Positions 11,991 to 25,463 of a stretch of 64,000 bases of DNA are shown piece after piece. Made by a program: the position numbers and the translations under genes. The notes beneath the pieces were generated by a model. It was not told the origin of the DNA and did not search any database. It saw only the letters and a program-made list of their open reading frames with translations. This stretch comes from Ginglymostoma cirratum (Eukaryota), in the NCBI GenBank assembly GCA_024137785.1, contig JAHRHZ010000018.1, positions 52,211,260 to 52,275,259 of the forward strand, read 5' to 3'. The first letter of the stretch is position 1. Each line of letters opens with the position of its first letter.

Positions 11991-14559
11991 ACCACCGCCT
12001 CCTCTCTCTCAAAGCCACTCCAACCCCGCTTCCCTCCACACCACTCCCAACTCTCTCTCTTTCTGTGCCAGCCCAAACTGCTTGCAACTCATGGGCACAA
12101 GGTTTACTGGCCAGATCCGGGCAAATGATCTGACATTTGTTCTGTACAACGCGTGCAGGACATCAGGAAGGGGAACGCACATGCAATCCGCGTTTGTTTT
12201 TGTGTCCCCGTTATGATTGCCAACCACGTCCAAAAACGAAAGGTTGACATTATTCATAAAGTTAATTATGTGTAGTGGTGGTAGGGGGAATAAACAAGGT
12301 TTGCAAAGTATTTTATGGTGTAAATAGCCAAATGAGTATTAGAATTTGCAGCCTACTGAAATTTCGATGGCGTACACGTGAGTCCAGACAGCTGGATAGA
12401 GCGTAGATATTTACATTTGTATATTATTTTAAATTAAAATCATAGATCAAGTCTACTGCCTTCTTTCACTTTCTATGACAAAAACGACTGCTCCTGAAGG
12501 TTGCTGACTCTTTCTGTGCTTATATGCTTTATAAACATAACGTTACATTATGTTTATTTTGTGGAATAAAAGGAAGTGTCCTCGACTATCTATTTCCTTG
12601 GCGTTACCTGTTAGTCGCATCTCTGCTGCTTTCAGTTACTTATTGGTGGATAATTCACAAGACTGTGGAACTGCTTGAAGTAACGTGAATATATAATATG
12701 AAGTGAAAATGTTAATCCTATTATTTTTCTACCCTTTGTGTCGCTCTTCTATACAGTATGTTAAACCGAGAACGGCTTGATAATTGATCTTCACACAGTT
12801 CATTCTCGTTTTTCAATGGATTTGCAGGTACTTTAGTTGCAGGTATTGGAGTTGAATGCAAATTATGTTTAAAATAGCAATGCTGCTTCTCATTTCAAGA
12901 TACATATACGGCCCTGTTCATTTATGCGAGGTGAGAAAAGGAGTTTTCGAGTAACCTTTGAAGATTTTGCACCTGCATCGACCGTTTTATTTTAAAAAAT
13001 GTAATAACATTTCAAAGCACACGATTTTTTAAAGGAAAATGATTTTATGTTAATTCTGTTGCCCTTGGTGATACTTGGATGGTTTGATTAAATGTGATGG
13101 CTGAAAGTCTAGTCAATCAATATAACATAAAACATTTTTTTAAAATCTGCCCTTCCATGTTTATTTAAAATAAAATCTGCACAACAAACTAGAAAAAAAA
13201 TCGTGTAACATATGTTTTGCAATTAGACAATCGTAAATAAGGAAGAATTTCGTCTCTCGAGTGCATGATTGAAGACTTCAGCGAGATAACTATTGGAACA
13301 GGTAGCTTAAAGAACCCTGTTTTTAAAACTTGTGCTGTACTATAAATCTGTGCTGATGCAACAGGAACTGTAGAATATGGAAGATTTCAGAGGCGTTTTA
13401 AGTCATTGTTTCCATGAAGTATGAGTGTTGTGCTCCCCAGACGTAACCTTGTGTATATGATGGTGCTTTTTTTTATGGAGTATAAATGCTTTTAGCTGGA
13501 GGGCCCTAGACGTGAATATGGCCAGCAAAACATTTCAGGCAGCAGAAGTGAAATTGAACTCATTGCGATCAATGGTACGATATGTTAACAGAAACTGCGC
13601 CATTTTTTTTCTTTTCACCAGCTGTAGCAAGTGGTTGAAGGGTTAACTATTTTTACTCTTAACACTCAACGATCAGATAAGATCTGCGGTTGCAGCTGTA
13701 CCGTCCCTCTCACACGAGGAAGTTAGGTTACTTAAAGTCATGGATGTAAAACAAAATGGTTTTATAACTCTTAACCCGAGGTGGATGGCACTTCTGTTAA
13801 AACGGTGAAAGTACATTTCCCATCTGCAAGGATTCCAAATGACTGTAGGTTGTTTTGTTTTCGAACCGTGCGGTTTTCTACAGGAAAAGGGTTCTGTAAA
13901 TTTATAGGGAGCGAGGGCAAAGCGCTGCCGAACTGCCAGAGCCAAGTTCCTTCCAGCAGACCTCCCCCACTTCTAATGCAAAATTATTTCTGATCTAATC
14001 TGCATCTGGAAGCTGGCTGCTAACCTGGTCGCCTTTTATCTTGTCCAGTAGTTAGTGAACTGAGTTCGCGAATCCAATTAATGCCAAGTCGCAGTCAAAT
14101 AAAAATGTACAGACACCCACCGCCCGCCCCCTTCCCCCCCGCCCCCCACACACACATATACATTCACCCCCTGCCCGCCGCCGCCGCGCGCCTATCCTCC
14201 ACGCTTTCCGGATTAAAACTACCGGCGCGGATATATAAGAGTAACTTTTGTGTGTAATGTCTGCCCAGTGAAACTCAGACCCAGCACAGAGATCCGATCG
14301 AGTGCCTGGAAGAGACTGGGGTGAGGGAGTTGGGGGGTGGGGTGGAGGGAGTATCGACGCATTCGGTTGCGAATTTCACGACCACTTCATGGACAAATCC
14401 GTAACGAAGGAATTAATTCCATCTTTTGATTAGCTCAGTGACAGTAACTTTATGTCATGTACCCAATGACTGGAGTTGGGTATTCGAAGTCAGACTGATG
14501 TGCTTAATAAAATGTTCCCAGCACCTATCTGCGCGTGTGTTTTCTCATGGAAGAATTTG

Positions 14560-15260
14560 GCTACTCGTTTTTAATGCATCCGAATAATTATTTTAGCATT
14601 CAGAGCAGCGTCGGAGCGTTTCACTTGTGACTCCTTTTATTCTCAGAAACCCCTATGGGTGCCTCCGAGCAAAGCGAGTCAACGATCTATCACGCAGCCG
14701 ATTCAATAGCAGGCTGAGCTAACCTTGACCTTTACCTAGACCTCGCTCCATCTGGTGCCAGGGTGTTTTTCATAATGTTGATGCCTTGCAGTCAAAATTG
14801 ATCAACGCGGAATCGACCGCCTGACCTCCTCAAGGGGCGTTGCGAGGTAACCTGGCTGCTTGAAAATCGAGAGAGCCATGTGCAAAACATGGGCAGGAAA
14901 ATTGAGTGTCCGCTTGGTCGCATTTCAATATGTAAATGATCAGACATTAGCAGTCTCGATCCATTCGCAAAATAAATCAAATCCTTCTGCCGCTTTGTCA
15001 TTTTTACCCCCCGTCTCTCAGATCATTCAGCAAATGTACTTTTTTTTAATATTAAACCTTTGTTTTCTGTCCGGGTCTTGCAGGAGTACCCCTAGCGCCG
15101 CCGCCAACCTTTGCTCGGTGATCAGCGCCTTGTTGTTGCTGATTGTAATCAAATGTTTTGCATAATCTACATAGCTTCTGCGGTCAGTGGTCAACAGCTT
15201 GCATAATTCGGAAGTTTAATTCAGTTGTCAAGAAGATAAAGTCAGAGTTTTTGGTTTGCA
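14560..15260. promoter_or_regulatory. Candidate upstream enhancer cluster
   Basis: Four tandem AGGTCA-like half-sites (14720-14743), a CTCF-like motif (14744-14760), ATAAATCA, TGATTGTAATCA and TTGCATAAT motifs; CpG-rich unique sequence. Confidence 0.45.
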
Positions 15261-18200
15261 ATGCTTGAGTAACTAATTGATCACCCTGTGACGTTTAACT
15301 TCGAAGCGTGTTTTGATATAAGAAAAGGGACAATAAATTTGAAGAAGCATTTGGAGGCAGTGGACAGTTGTGGCATGTGACTTCCACTATATTAAAGTGG
15401 CTGCACTGTTTGAAGTCTGTCTGTTGACAAGACGGATCTATTTGCAACACGAAACCACTTTCCTTCACATATTTTCTCTTTACCACAGTTCCAGCGAGCT
15501 TTATTGCACAGGTTCTTCGCAGTACCTATTGATAAAGGCGAATTTAGCGATGTTTTCAGTATTGTCTGCACCGTCTTGAAGACGTGCCAGCGCTTGCCAG
15601 TAAAAATGAGTGTCAATTACAAGCTTCCATATTCCATCCCACATATTAGGAGGCACTTGAGCAGAAAGCGTTCAGATGACGTTTGCACTATATTCAGAAG
15701 TGCAAATCGTGTAGGCTTTGTACCAAAACTAATCGCGAACAAAAGATCTGTGTCTTGGCATACAAAATTGAGTGAGAAAGTGTAGCGTTTGAAATGCCCC
15801 TGCTGTACAATCCAAACGTAATTGGTGGCATGCATGCTGTGTGTTATGTTATACATATGGATCTGGTGCTATAATATTCATTGCCTTTGTTCAAGATGAG
15901 ACAGGCAACCGAGAGGTAGTAGCACAACAAAGATTGTTTTGTCTGTAGCTGGATCTGTATTGCGTTCCCTCTCCCCTCCCCCGCCTTGCCGTCCAGGTGT
16001 GAAAAAAAACTAGTAAAACTGGATTTTGGCTTCCACCAAATGACATGAAAACAAGTACCTTTCATTAGTTTAGATATACATTGAGCATTCTGGTCCCCAC
16101 TACCAAAACCCAGAAATCATCTATTGCAAACTACAGCTACCTTAAAGAAACCTTACAACCAGTTGTACCATGCAGATTTTTTCTCATTTATTTTGTTTCC
16201 CTTAAATTGTTTAAAGGATTAGAGCCAAATACCAAAGCTGCTCTATATGTATCATTTAGATATTTTCTCGCGGCTGTTTATTTTGCAGAGATATAGCGAC
16301 TTGTACATATCCTCTATTACTCATCAGCTGATCTTGTGCTGTCTCCAGCACATAGCTGTCTTTACTGTAACCTAACGGCTGTGTACTTAATTGGACCTAT
16401 TATTTTATGTTTATGTGTATAATTTCCTGTGAGGAGTCATTTATTTTTGCCTCAAATTAAAGTTGTGCAACTTCGGTCACTTTTGAAAAAATGTCAAATC
16501 TAATTGACCTTCTTAATCCACTTAATTTGGGGGGATTTGAAAACGATTTTACTTTCCTTTTAATGTATAAGAACATCCTCTCATTTGTTATTTCCTCCAT
16601 GACAATTTATTTTACAGATGTTTTGTTGGCCCATAATTTCTGTAGGTGTAGGTTGAATTCTTCATTTAAGAAGACAGTCTCAACTATTTTGTGTTTATAA
16701 TTCTGTAATCCCCATGCATCACGGGAGAAGCCTCTCTTGCATATCATTTGAGTTTATTTTAATCCAACGGTCACTACAATGGTAAACACTTGAACGTTGA
16801 GTTAGACTTAATGCAGACCATTTCACCTTTTTGCGGCCAGACAGGAGCATACAAGGACCTATTGAATCTGTCTGGACTCAAGTGCAGACAGATGGACGGC
16901 GCACAGAGCCAAGAGGTTACGTTTGCCAAGCCCTGCATCGACCCTTTCAGGGGGACTGCACTCAGCCAGCCTGTTGTTAGAGTTGAATTATAGTCGTGCA
17001 CTGCCACACACACAAAAAAACATAGTTAATAACACTAACTGCATATTCTTAAATGGCCAGCTACCACTTTATGTAGGAGGTTAACTTGGAATTGCGTTAC
17101 TTGTTTGAAAACATGTTCCTGCTATTTGAAATGCTGGGTCAAAACGTGGAAGAAAGTATTTCCAGCCTTTTTTTATATACACGCAATAAATGAATCATGG
17201 ACCCTGCCATTGTAAGAGAAAAAGAAAACTTGATATTTGTTAGAACTTCTTTACATTGTTATATCAAGATGTAATGCCTGAAACACAGTCTGGCAAACAA
17301 TATTTTTGGGGGGTAGAACAGTAAAGACACTTTCATTTACAATCAGAATCTAAATTAATTGTATACACCCGCTAACCGCTACAGAAAGCATTGGAATCGT
17401 TCCAAATAACCAAAGCTCCTGAAGTCATTTAATTAAAAAAAACTTGAATTCTTCAGGAGTATTCAATGTAGCCCACCTGTCCGCACCTGGTAGTCAACCA
17501 TCTTTCGTAAGTTGCGTCGTGATGTTATATAATGCGCTGTTGTTTTCTAATAAACAGATCACTGGTGCTGCCCACATTAGTTATGAAACAATAACTGAAT
17601 AAAAGGTATTTACTGTGTTAATTGCGTTTTGTTAGAAATTCAATGGCTTAAAATCAAAGAAATATTAACTTAAAGTCCCATCTACGGCAGGATATATCTT
17701 TTTAAACACAATCGTCAGATCTAGCAATTCAATCATCAGCACAGGTTTAAATCGGCGGCTGACAATGAATATTAATGTGAGGATTTCGCACTGGGTATTA
17801 TCATACTGTGGAACGGGTGGGTCTATGATCCGCGTGTTGGCAAGCATTAGCAGTAATCAAAACGGATTACTTGACCAAAAAAAGTCTGAATAAATCTTAT
17901 GTTTTGTCCATTTCCTTTAATTCGTTTATAAAGTGCTTGTTGACAGGATTTGGAAGGAAGACGGAGGAATACGTTACACGTTCTCTCCTACCTTCCCGAA
18001 CGATAAACCGTATTACATTTGAAACATTTTAAGTGGGGAATACTGTTGTGTAATTAGTAAAAGTAAATTTCATACATTTCTTCCACATCACTTAAATGTA
18101 TTACACAGCGAAAGAATATTAATATGTAGAATGCTATTATTTGCAAAACCTAAAAGTGAATAGTAAGTTATGTTATACATAGCCACAAGTCATAAATTAA

Positions 18201-20479
18201 ACGTATGGAAATGCAGATACATATATTATACATAGATATACAACTTTCTGTTGCATTGTGCAAAATGCAGAAACCAGTGTGTGAATGTTGCTCAAGTTTA
18301 AAACAATGAATTTAAGATGATCAAACAAAATATACTTAGAAATTGACAGATACATTATTACTTAGTGCTCAGGCATTTACACGTCTTATATTTAACTGAT
18401 ATTGCAGAGCCGGGCATGTGAAAAGTCAATTAAACACGATGTATATTTTACGTTTGTTTTTTTTTAAATCGTTTGTTTCATACCATACTTAGCTGATTAT
18501 TGCTGCCCACTGTCCATCAATCTATCGTAATGCATGATCTTGTTTATAACTGGTGTAGTTAAGTTGTTGTTAATTTTACACTAAACGGTTGTTATGATGA
18601 CAAATGAGGAGGCTGTGATCACACACATGGGACCACAAATTTATCTCACGCGTGAAAAGTGGGATTTTGGTTCGGAAGCTTGGCGGTTCTTCGACATGTC
18701 TCGGGTGGGAGTTGGCTGAAGATCCCGCAACTTAAACCCAAATCCTTCACCTTTGGAATGTAGAGAACGGACAAATAAAAGTCAACCGAAGCAACTTCTC
18801 AAAAAAAAATTAAGCGTGTTGCAGCGCTGAGGTTCAAATGGAAACACGTAAATTGATATTCTGCATCGGCTACGTTGTATTTTAAATGAACCTCCAATGA
18901 TTTACGTTATTATGTATATTAGCATAGATACAATGATAACATTTCTGTTATAACTACAATTTATGTACACATATACGTACGCATATGTTCGGTCCATAAG
19001 ATTTAAACTTAGTTCTATTCCTCTGTAGTATCTGAAAATATTTAATACTGAATGTAGTTTAAAACAAAAGTTTGCTGATTATTGAAATTGTTTATTTTCT
19101 TTGTGACTACCTGTTTTTAAGAAGGGTTATACCCAATATAGGATTAGTTTTGAAAGGGTTCCGTGCTGAGTTGCTAATCAGGAATATTGCAGATCAAAGG
19201 GAGAAAGAGACAGCGAACGATAAAGATCGATTTCAATTTTATGCAGATAGATTGAATAAGTTATGCTTTAGATCAACTCAGATAAGGCATAAGCACGCTT
19301 TTCAGCGGTGAGCAGATTGGCAGAGGAAAAGAGGGGAGTTTGTATTTCTTTGTCAGAGGTGCTGCACTGTCCAGCAGTTTGTAATGAACGCGCGCCATCA
19401 ACAGGGCAAAGGCAGCACTATACATCCACACTACCCATAACGACACAATCAGGTCACAGAAGCGCACATCAACCACAATGCGTTAGACTCCTCGTCAAAC
19501 GCCAATCTACGGGAGGCCTGTTGCTAAGACAATCAGATCACAATAAAATATTGAAGATCTCTATATTAATGGTATCACAAAAGTTCATGTGCTTCAAATG
19601 TTCGAAGGAGTTATGGAAATTTTAACTCACGATTACAATTTCGATTATCTCATGCCGAATCAAATTCTTACCAAGTTGGTAATAATCATCAATTACCGAT
19701 ACATTAATAAACAGATTAGGAAGCTATAATAAGAAACACTTTTAGTTCACCTGAAGAAACAAATGATTTAAAATAAATTGGGTTTTACTGTAAATGTATG
19801 AGATTACAGAAACTATTTCTATTCGAAGTACAAAGAAATATAGCCCGTTTGATATTAGCTAAATATATATTATTACATATATATATATAATTCCAAACGT
19901 TTTCCCAGGAGATGCAAACATCACGTTGTAATGATTTGCCTGAGCAACTCACCGCTTTTTGCATGCCGCACACTGACCAAGGAACCAATCAAGATATATG
20001 AAGCTCAAAAAGAATGACACCAGGATAATATTAGACAGAAACGCCTTAAACAAATTGCCAAAGAATCCAAACACAAAGTTCAAAACCTGTGTTACTGCAA
20101 CGTATTTCTGCAACAAGTTCAGGAGATAACCTGGGGATGAGTGCTTTCTGAATTAAAATATGTAGAACTTCAGTATTTATAATGACTCCTGTATAGGAGA
20201 TGTACAGTAGGAAATATTAGTTATATTTACAAATATCCTTAACCTCAGAGAAGGCTGGTCTAGAATGGGGACTGTTATTTCTACAATTGGAAATAAAGCA
20301 GACAGCACATGTACTGGAATGATAACTAATACTGAATTAAGTTGGGTTCTCAAGAATTGTAGCACATTTGATGTTACTGAAGTGCTATTCCAGAACTGCA
20401 AATGCTGGAAATGCTCAGGAGTCTGGTAACATTTGGTGAGAGAGAATTAGAGTTGATGTTTGTGGTTGCATTTCAGTAA

Positions 20480-23240
20480 TACAGTGGTCTGGATTAATGC
20501 TCTCGAGGCCTGAATTTAAAATCGCATTGCAGCAGGTAGGGGATTTAATTCAGTAAATTAAATAAACCTGGATTAAAATGTTAGGTTGTTCATCTTGTTT
20601 ACTGATGTCATTGTACAGGAGACCTGTTTTATCCATTCTGACCAATATGTGGCCAGACTGACAGGAATGAAGCTGACTCTGAAATGACCTAGCAAACCAC
20701 TGCTATGAAAAAGTAAAAAAAAAACGAAACAGATGACACTGACCTAAGTATTGGATATGGCAAAGGCGCAGCCAGCTACGTTGACCCTGAAAAGTATTTT
20801 TCATTGATGTAGAGAATGTGCTAATATTGAAAGAGTTAGAAAATTGACAGACCATTCAACCAACAGCTCACTATAGTCATATGCGTAGAATCATACATTT
20901 CAGCTACCATCCCAGACTCATTCCTAATCATCCTGGGTACATCACAAGCAGGACAAACTCACCTGAGGAGATGATACAATACAGTGCTCTGTCATTGGGA
21001 GGGAATGTTCCTGGGTATCCTTAACATTGACTATACATACAGTGATGTCAGATAGCATCAGACCAAACAGTGGGTGAGGAAACCTCCTCCTGGTTACAAC
21101 ACATCCTTTCTGCCTCTGTGCATCCCAACCTCTCCGCTGAAGAAGCAGTGGTCTTCCACATTGAACATCACTTGGAAACGAGGGCAGCGCAGATGCAGAA
21201 TATACTTTGGATGGGGGATCTCAATGTTCCCAACAAGAATGGCTCAGTAATACTATTACTGGTTGACCTTGGCAAGTCCTAGAGATTTATCTGCCAGACT
21301 AGACCTGCAGCAGTTTGTAAGAAAATGAACAAGAGGGATAAAATTCTATGACCTCATTCTTTCTAATCTTTCACTGCAGATCCATCCATCCATAACAATA
21401 CTGGTTGGAGTTACCAGTGAACATTTCTGGTGGAGATGAAGTCCCGTCTTCACAAGATACCTTTCATCTTTGTTGTATGGCACTGCCATTGGCTAAATGG
21501 GATAGACTCAGAACAGACCTAACAGCTCAAAAGTAGGCACTCATGAAGTGCTGTAGACCATCAGTAACAATGAAATTGCATTCCACCACAACTTATAACC
21601 TCAGGGCCCAGTATATAAAGCACTCTATCATTACCATCAAATGATAGTTCAGCTATAACAGAATGAAGAAGGTAGGGAAGCTTGCCAGGAATACATTCAT
21701 GCATACCTAAAAATGAGCCAACCTGGTGAAGCTACAACAAAAGGACCGCATGCATTTTATACAGCAGGAACAGCATTCCATAGAGAGTGCTGAGCAATCC
21801 CACAACCAAAAGATCAGATCAAAACTCTGTAATCCTGCCATATCCAATGGCGAATGGTGATGGATATTTAAATAACTAACTAGAAGAGGAGCCTCCAGAA
21901 AGATCCTCAACCCCAGTGAAGCCAAGTTTGGAGTGTAAAAAGGTCAGATTGAAACATTTACAACCATCTTAAGCTAGAAATGCTGAGAGGATGATCGATC
22001 TCAATCACCTCCTAAGGTTTCCAGCATCAGTGATACCAGTCCCCAAACAATTTGGTTCACTCCACAGGATATCAAGAAGTAGCAAAGCACACAAAATACA
22101 GTAGAAGTTATGGGTCTGACAACAAACCAGTTGAAATGTTGATGACATGTGCTCCAGAGCTAACTATAACTGTAGCAAAGCTCTTTCAATATGGTACAAT
22201 ACGGGCAGTGATCTCACATAGTAGAAAATTGCCCAGCTACATCGAATTCACAAGATGCCAAAGAAATTAAACCTGGGGAAAGTAATAAAAGATGTCATCC
22301 ATAATGCCATCAGTGGTATTTACTCAGCAATGAATTACTTTCTGATGCTCAATTTGACCTCCACTGGAATCACTCAATTCCATACTTCATGACAGTTTTG
22401 GTCCAAAGATAGATTGAATTCCAGAGTTGTGGTGAGGTGAGGTGAGGGTAACTTCCTTAACATTAAGACTGTATTTGACTAAGCATAGCATTAGGGAGCT
22501 ATAGCAAAACTGAAGTCAATGGAAAACCAGTTAACATTCTCCACTGGTTGGATTCACACTAAGTACAAAGGAAAATGTTTGTGATTGTTTGAGGCCAGGT
22601 ATCTCAGCCTTAGGATTTCCTCAGATTAGTGTTCTAGGCCTAACCATCTTTAGCTGTTTCATCCATGACTTTCCTTCCATTATATGGTCAGACATGGAAA
22701 TGTTCACAAATGATTGCACAATATTCAGCACCAGTCCAACTCATCCATTGGTGTTCACATGCAAAATTCAGGGTCAGGCTGATAAATGACAAGTAGCATT
22801 TGCACCACATAAATGCTAGTAGATGATCATGGTAACAAGAGATAATCCAACCATCAGTTCTTCAGTATTCGGTAAGTTTGACACCAACCAGGACAAAGCA
22901 AATCATTTGATCAGCTCTACATCCACCATGTGAAGCATTTATTCCTTCCATACTGAAGCATAAAGGCAGCATTATGTACCATCTATATGATGTTTTGCAA
23001 TACCTCAGCAAATGTCCTTCAACAGCAATTTTTAACACATTTGTTCACCACTATCTACAAGTTCCTCTTAAAATTACGTACCATCCTGACGTGAAACTAT
23101 ATCACCATTCTTTCATTGTTGCTGTGTCAAAATCCTCGATGTCCCTCCATGAAAAGCACTTCGGGTGTACCTACATCACATAGACTGCAGTGATTCGAGG
23201 AGATGCTTCACCATCACCTTCTAAAGGGCAAGTGATGGCA
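20480..23240 (+). mobile_element. Old, near full-length CR1-group LINE (APE + RT remnants) with a SINE-like 5' segment
   Basis: APE motif ILWMGDLNV (~21200); RT remnants PQISVLGLTIFSCFIHDFP and MFTNDCT (~22620-22720); 3' end tcaccatcaccttctaaagggcaa at ~23210-23230. Many stops and frameshifts. Confidence 0.75.
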
Positions 23241-23529
23241 AGTGATGGCAAGAGAGAAACTAAACATCACCCTTTGATACTCATTGGCATTACAATCACT
23301 GAATCCCTCACAATCTGGGAGTTACCATTGACCAGAAACTGAACTGGACCATCCATTTAAATAATATGGCTACAAGGGTGGTCCAGGACAAAGAAGCCCA
23401 CTTAATTGGCACCCCATCCACCTTGGTCAAAATTAATTCCTTTCACCACTGAAGCCACTATCTGTGCTAATGGCTAGTGTGTACCATCTATAAGATGTGC
23501 TGCAGATACTCACCAATCTCCTCTTGACA

Positions 23530-24790
23530 GATTTTGGAAATACATCGTACAATCAGGAAAAATCAGCGCGGTTTCTTGAAGGAAAAATTATGCCTGACAA
23601 ATTTATTAGAATTAATTGAGGAGATAACAAGCAGGATAGATAAAGGGAAAGCAGTGGATGCACAGTGGCTCACAGCGCCAGGGACCCGGGTTCAATCCCG
23701 CCATCGGGTGACTGTCTGTGTGGAATTTGCACATTCTCCCTGTGTCTGTTTGGGTTTCCTCCCACAGTCCAAAGATGTGCAGGCTAGGTGGATTGGCCAT
23801 GGTAAATTGCCTGTAGTGTTCAGGGATGTATAGATTAGGTGGGTTATAGGGGGATCGGTCTGGGTGGGATTCCCTGAGGATCGGTGTGGACTTTTTGGGC
23901 CAAAGGGCCTGTTTCCACACTGTAGGGATTCTATGATAATATATTTGGATTTCCAGAAGGCATTTGATAAGGTACCACACGTTAGGCTACTTAATAATAT
24001 AATAGTCCATGGTATTTGGGCAGTATATTAGCATGTATAGTGGATTGGTGAATTGATATGATAGAGAGTTGGTTAATGGGGATGTTTTCAGAATGGCAGT
24101 ATCTGTGCCCTCAGGGATCAGTGCGGCAGTCACAAATATTTATAATAGATATTAATGACTTGAAAGAGGGAAGTGAACATACTATCACCAAGTTTGTGGA
24201 TGACACAAAAGTGTTTGGGAAAGTAAGTAGTGAAGAAGAGTCTGCAGGTCAAGCAAGGGGTCAAAAACTTGACAGATGGGACACAATTAGGGAAAATGGG
24301 AGGTTATGCACACTGGGAAGAAGAAGAGGAACTGAATATTACTTGAATAGAGAAACACTGCAGAAAGCTGCAGCACACAGGAATTTGGGAGTCTTCATAA
24401 ATAAATCACACCTGAAAAAGAATGAACAGTTTGTTCCCGTAATCCGAGGTAACATACACTGGCATTGGAAGTAATCCAGAGAAGTTTCACTAAGTTGATC
24501 CTGGATATGGGGGGATTGTCATACAAGGAGAGATTGAGAGAGAGTATGAAGAATGAGAGATGACATTATTGAAACATACTAGATTCTGTGGGGACTTGAC
24601 GGAACAGATGAAGTGAAGTTATCTCCCCTTGAGAGATAGTTAAGGACCAGAGTGCATAATCTCAAAGTAAGGGCTCACCTATCTGAGACAGAAATGAGGG
24701 GGAATTTCTTCTTTCAGTGGACAGTGAATTTGTGGAATTCTTTACCATGGAGGGATTGAGATGTTAGGTCGGTAGTATATTCAAGGCTAA
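23530..24790 (+). mobile_element. 5'-truncated CR1 LINE (RT and 3' part), interrupted by an HE1 SINE
   Basis: GFLKEKLCLTNLLE, VD|VIYLDFQKAFDKVPH, PQGSV, INDL and KFVDDTK motifs. Confidence 0.88.
23661..23936 (+). mobile_element. HE1-type V-SINE inserted in the CR1 RT
   Basis: tRNA-like head (B box GGTTCAATCCC), V-domain ctgtctgtgtggaatttgcacattctccc...ccacagtccaaagatgtgcagg, and tail ggcctgtttccacactgtagggattctatga. Confidence 0.88.
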
Positions 24791-24922
24791 TATATAATGC
24801 ATGCTATAACCCTAAAAACATTGAAAAATAAGGTTCTCAATTCACCAGGATACTATACACAAAATCTATATGTTTTCAAAATGTGAGTTCATACTGGAAT
24901 ATTACAATATGCAATGTGAAAT

Positions 24923-25021
24923 AAAAACAAAGTTGCTGGAAAAGGTCAGCAGATCTGGCAGCATCTGTCAAGGAAAAAACCCAGAGTTAATGTTTCGGGT
25001 CCGGTGACCCTTCCTCAGAAC
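24923..25021 (-). mobile_element. 99-bp PLE terminal-repeat insertion (family B) with a 13-bp TSD
   Basis: TGCAATGTGAAAT at 24910-24922 and 25022-25034; similar to the repeats at 48730-48865, 49285-49380 and 52392-52490. Confidence 0.85.
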
Positions 25022-25022
25022 T
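24985..25022 (-). ncRNA. Minimal type I hammerhead ribozyme-like motif (family B)
   Basis: agtt-CTGAGGA-a-GGGTC-accg-GACCC-GAAA-ca-TT-aact: core boxes, 5-bp stem II, 4-bp stem I; the ACGT palindrome has decayed to ACAT. Confidence 0.6.
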
Positions 25023-25132
25023 GCAATGTGAAATGACTGACTGAAATTGGTCACATCCACCAATGCAGTGTACTTTGTAGTTAAATCAACAACTTGATTC
25101 TTGGGCTTCACTCCCTCTTTTTGTTTTTAATA

Positions 25133-25463
25133 AATCCCTGCTGTGTGTGGAAACAGGCCATTTGGCCCAACAAGTCCACACCAACTCACCAAAGAGCATC
25201 CTACCTAGACTCATCCCCTACCCTATCAGCCTGCATTTCCCATGGATAATCCACCTAACCTACAAATCCCTGGACCCATTGGGCAATTTAGCATGACCAA
25301 TCCACCTAACCTGCACATCTTTGGCTGTGGGATGAAACCACAACATCCAAAGAAACCCACACAGACATGGGGAGAATGTGTGAAGTCCAAACAGACAGTC
25401 ACCGGAGGTTGGGATTGAAGCCAGGTCCCTGGTGCTGTGAGACAGCAGTGCAAATCACTGTGC
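25133..25463 (-). mobile_element. HE1-type V-SINE
   Basis: Reverse complement of the family seen at 23661-23936. Confidence 0.85.

Larger units (their letters stand above)
8200..20100. promoter_or_regulatory. Broad CpG-retaining domain around the BCL11A promoter (GC-rich cores ~9850-11450 and ~14100-14400)
   Basis: CpG is visibly frequent here, even in AT-rich stretches, and scarce in 1-8000 and in old sequence beyond ~20100. Visual estimate only. Confidence 0.7.
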
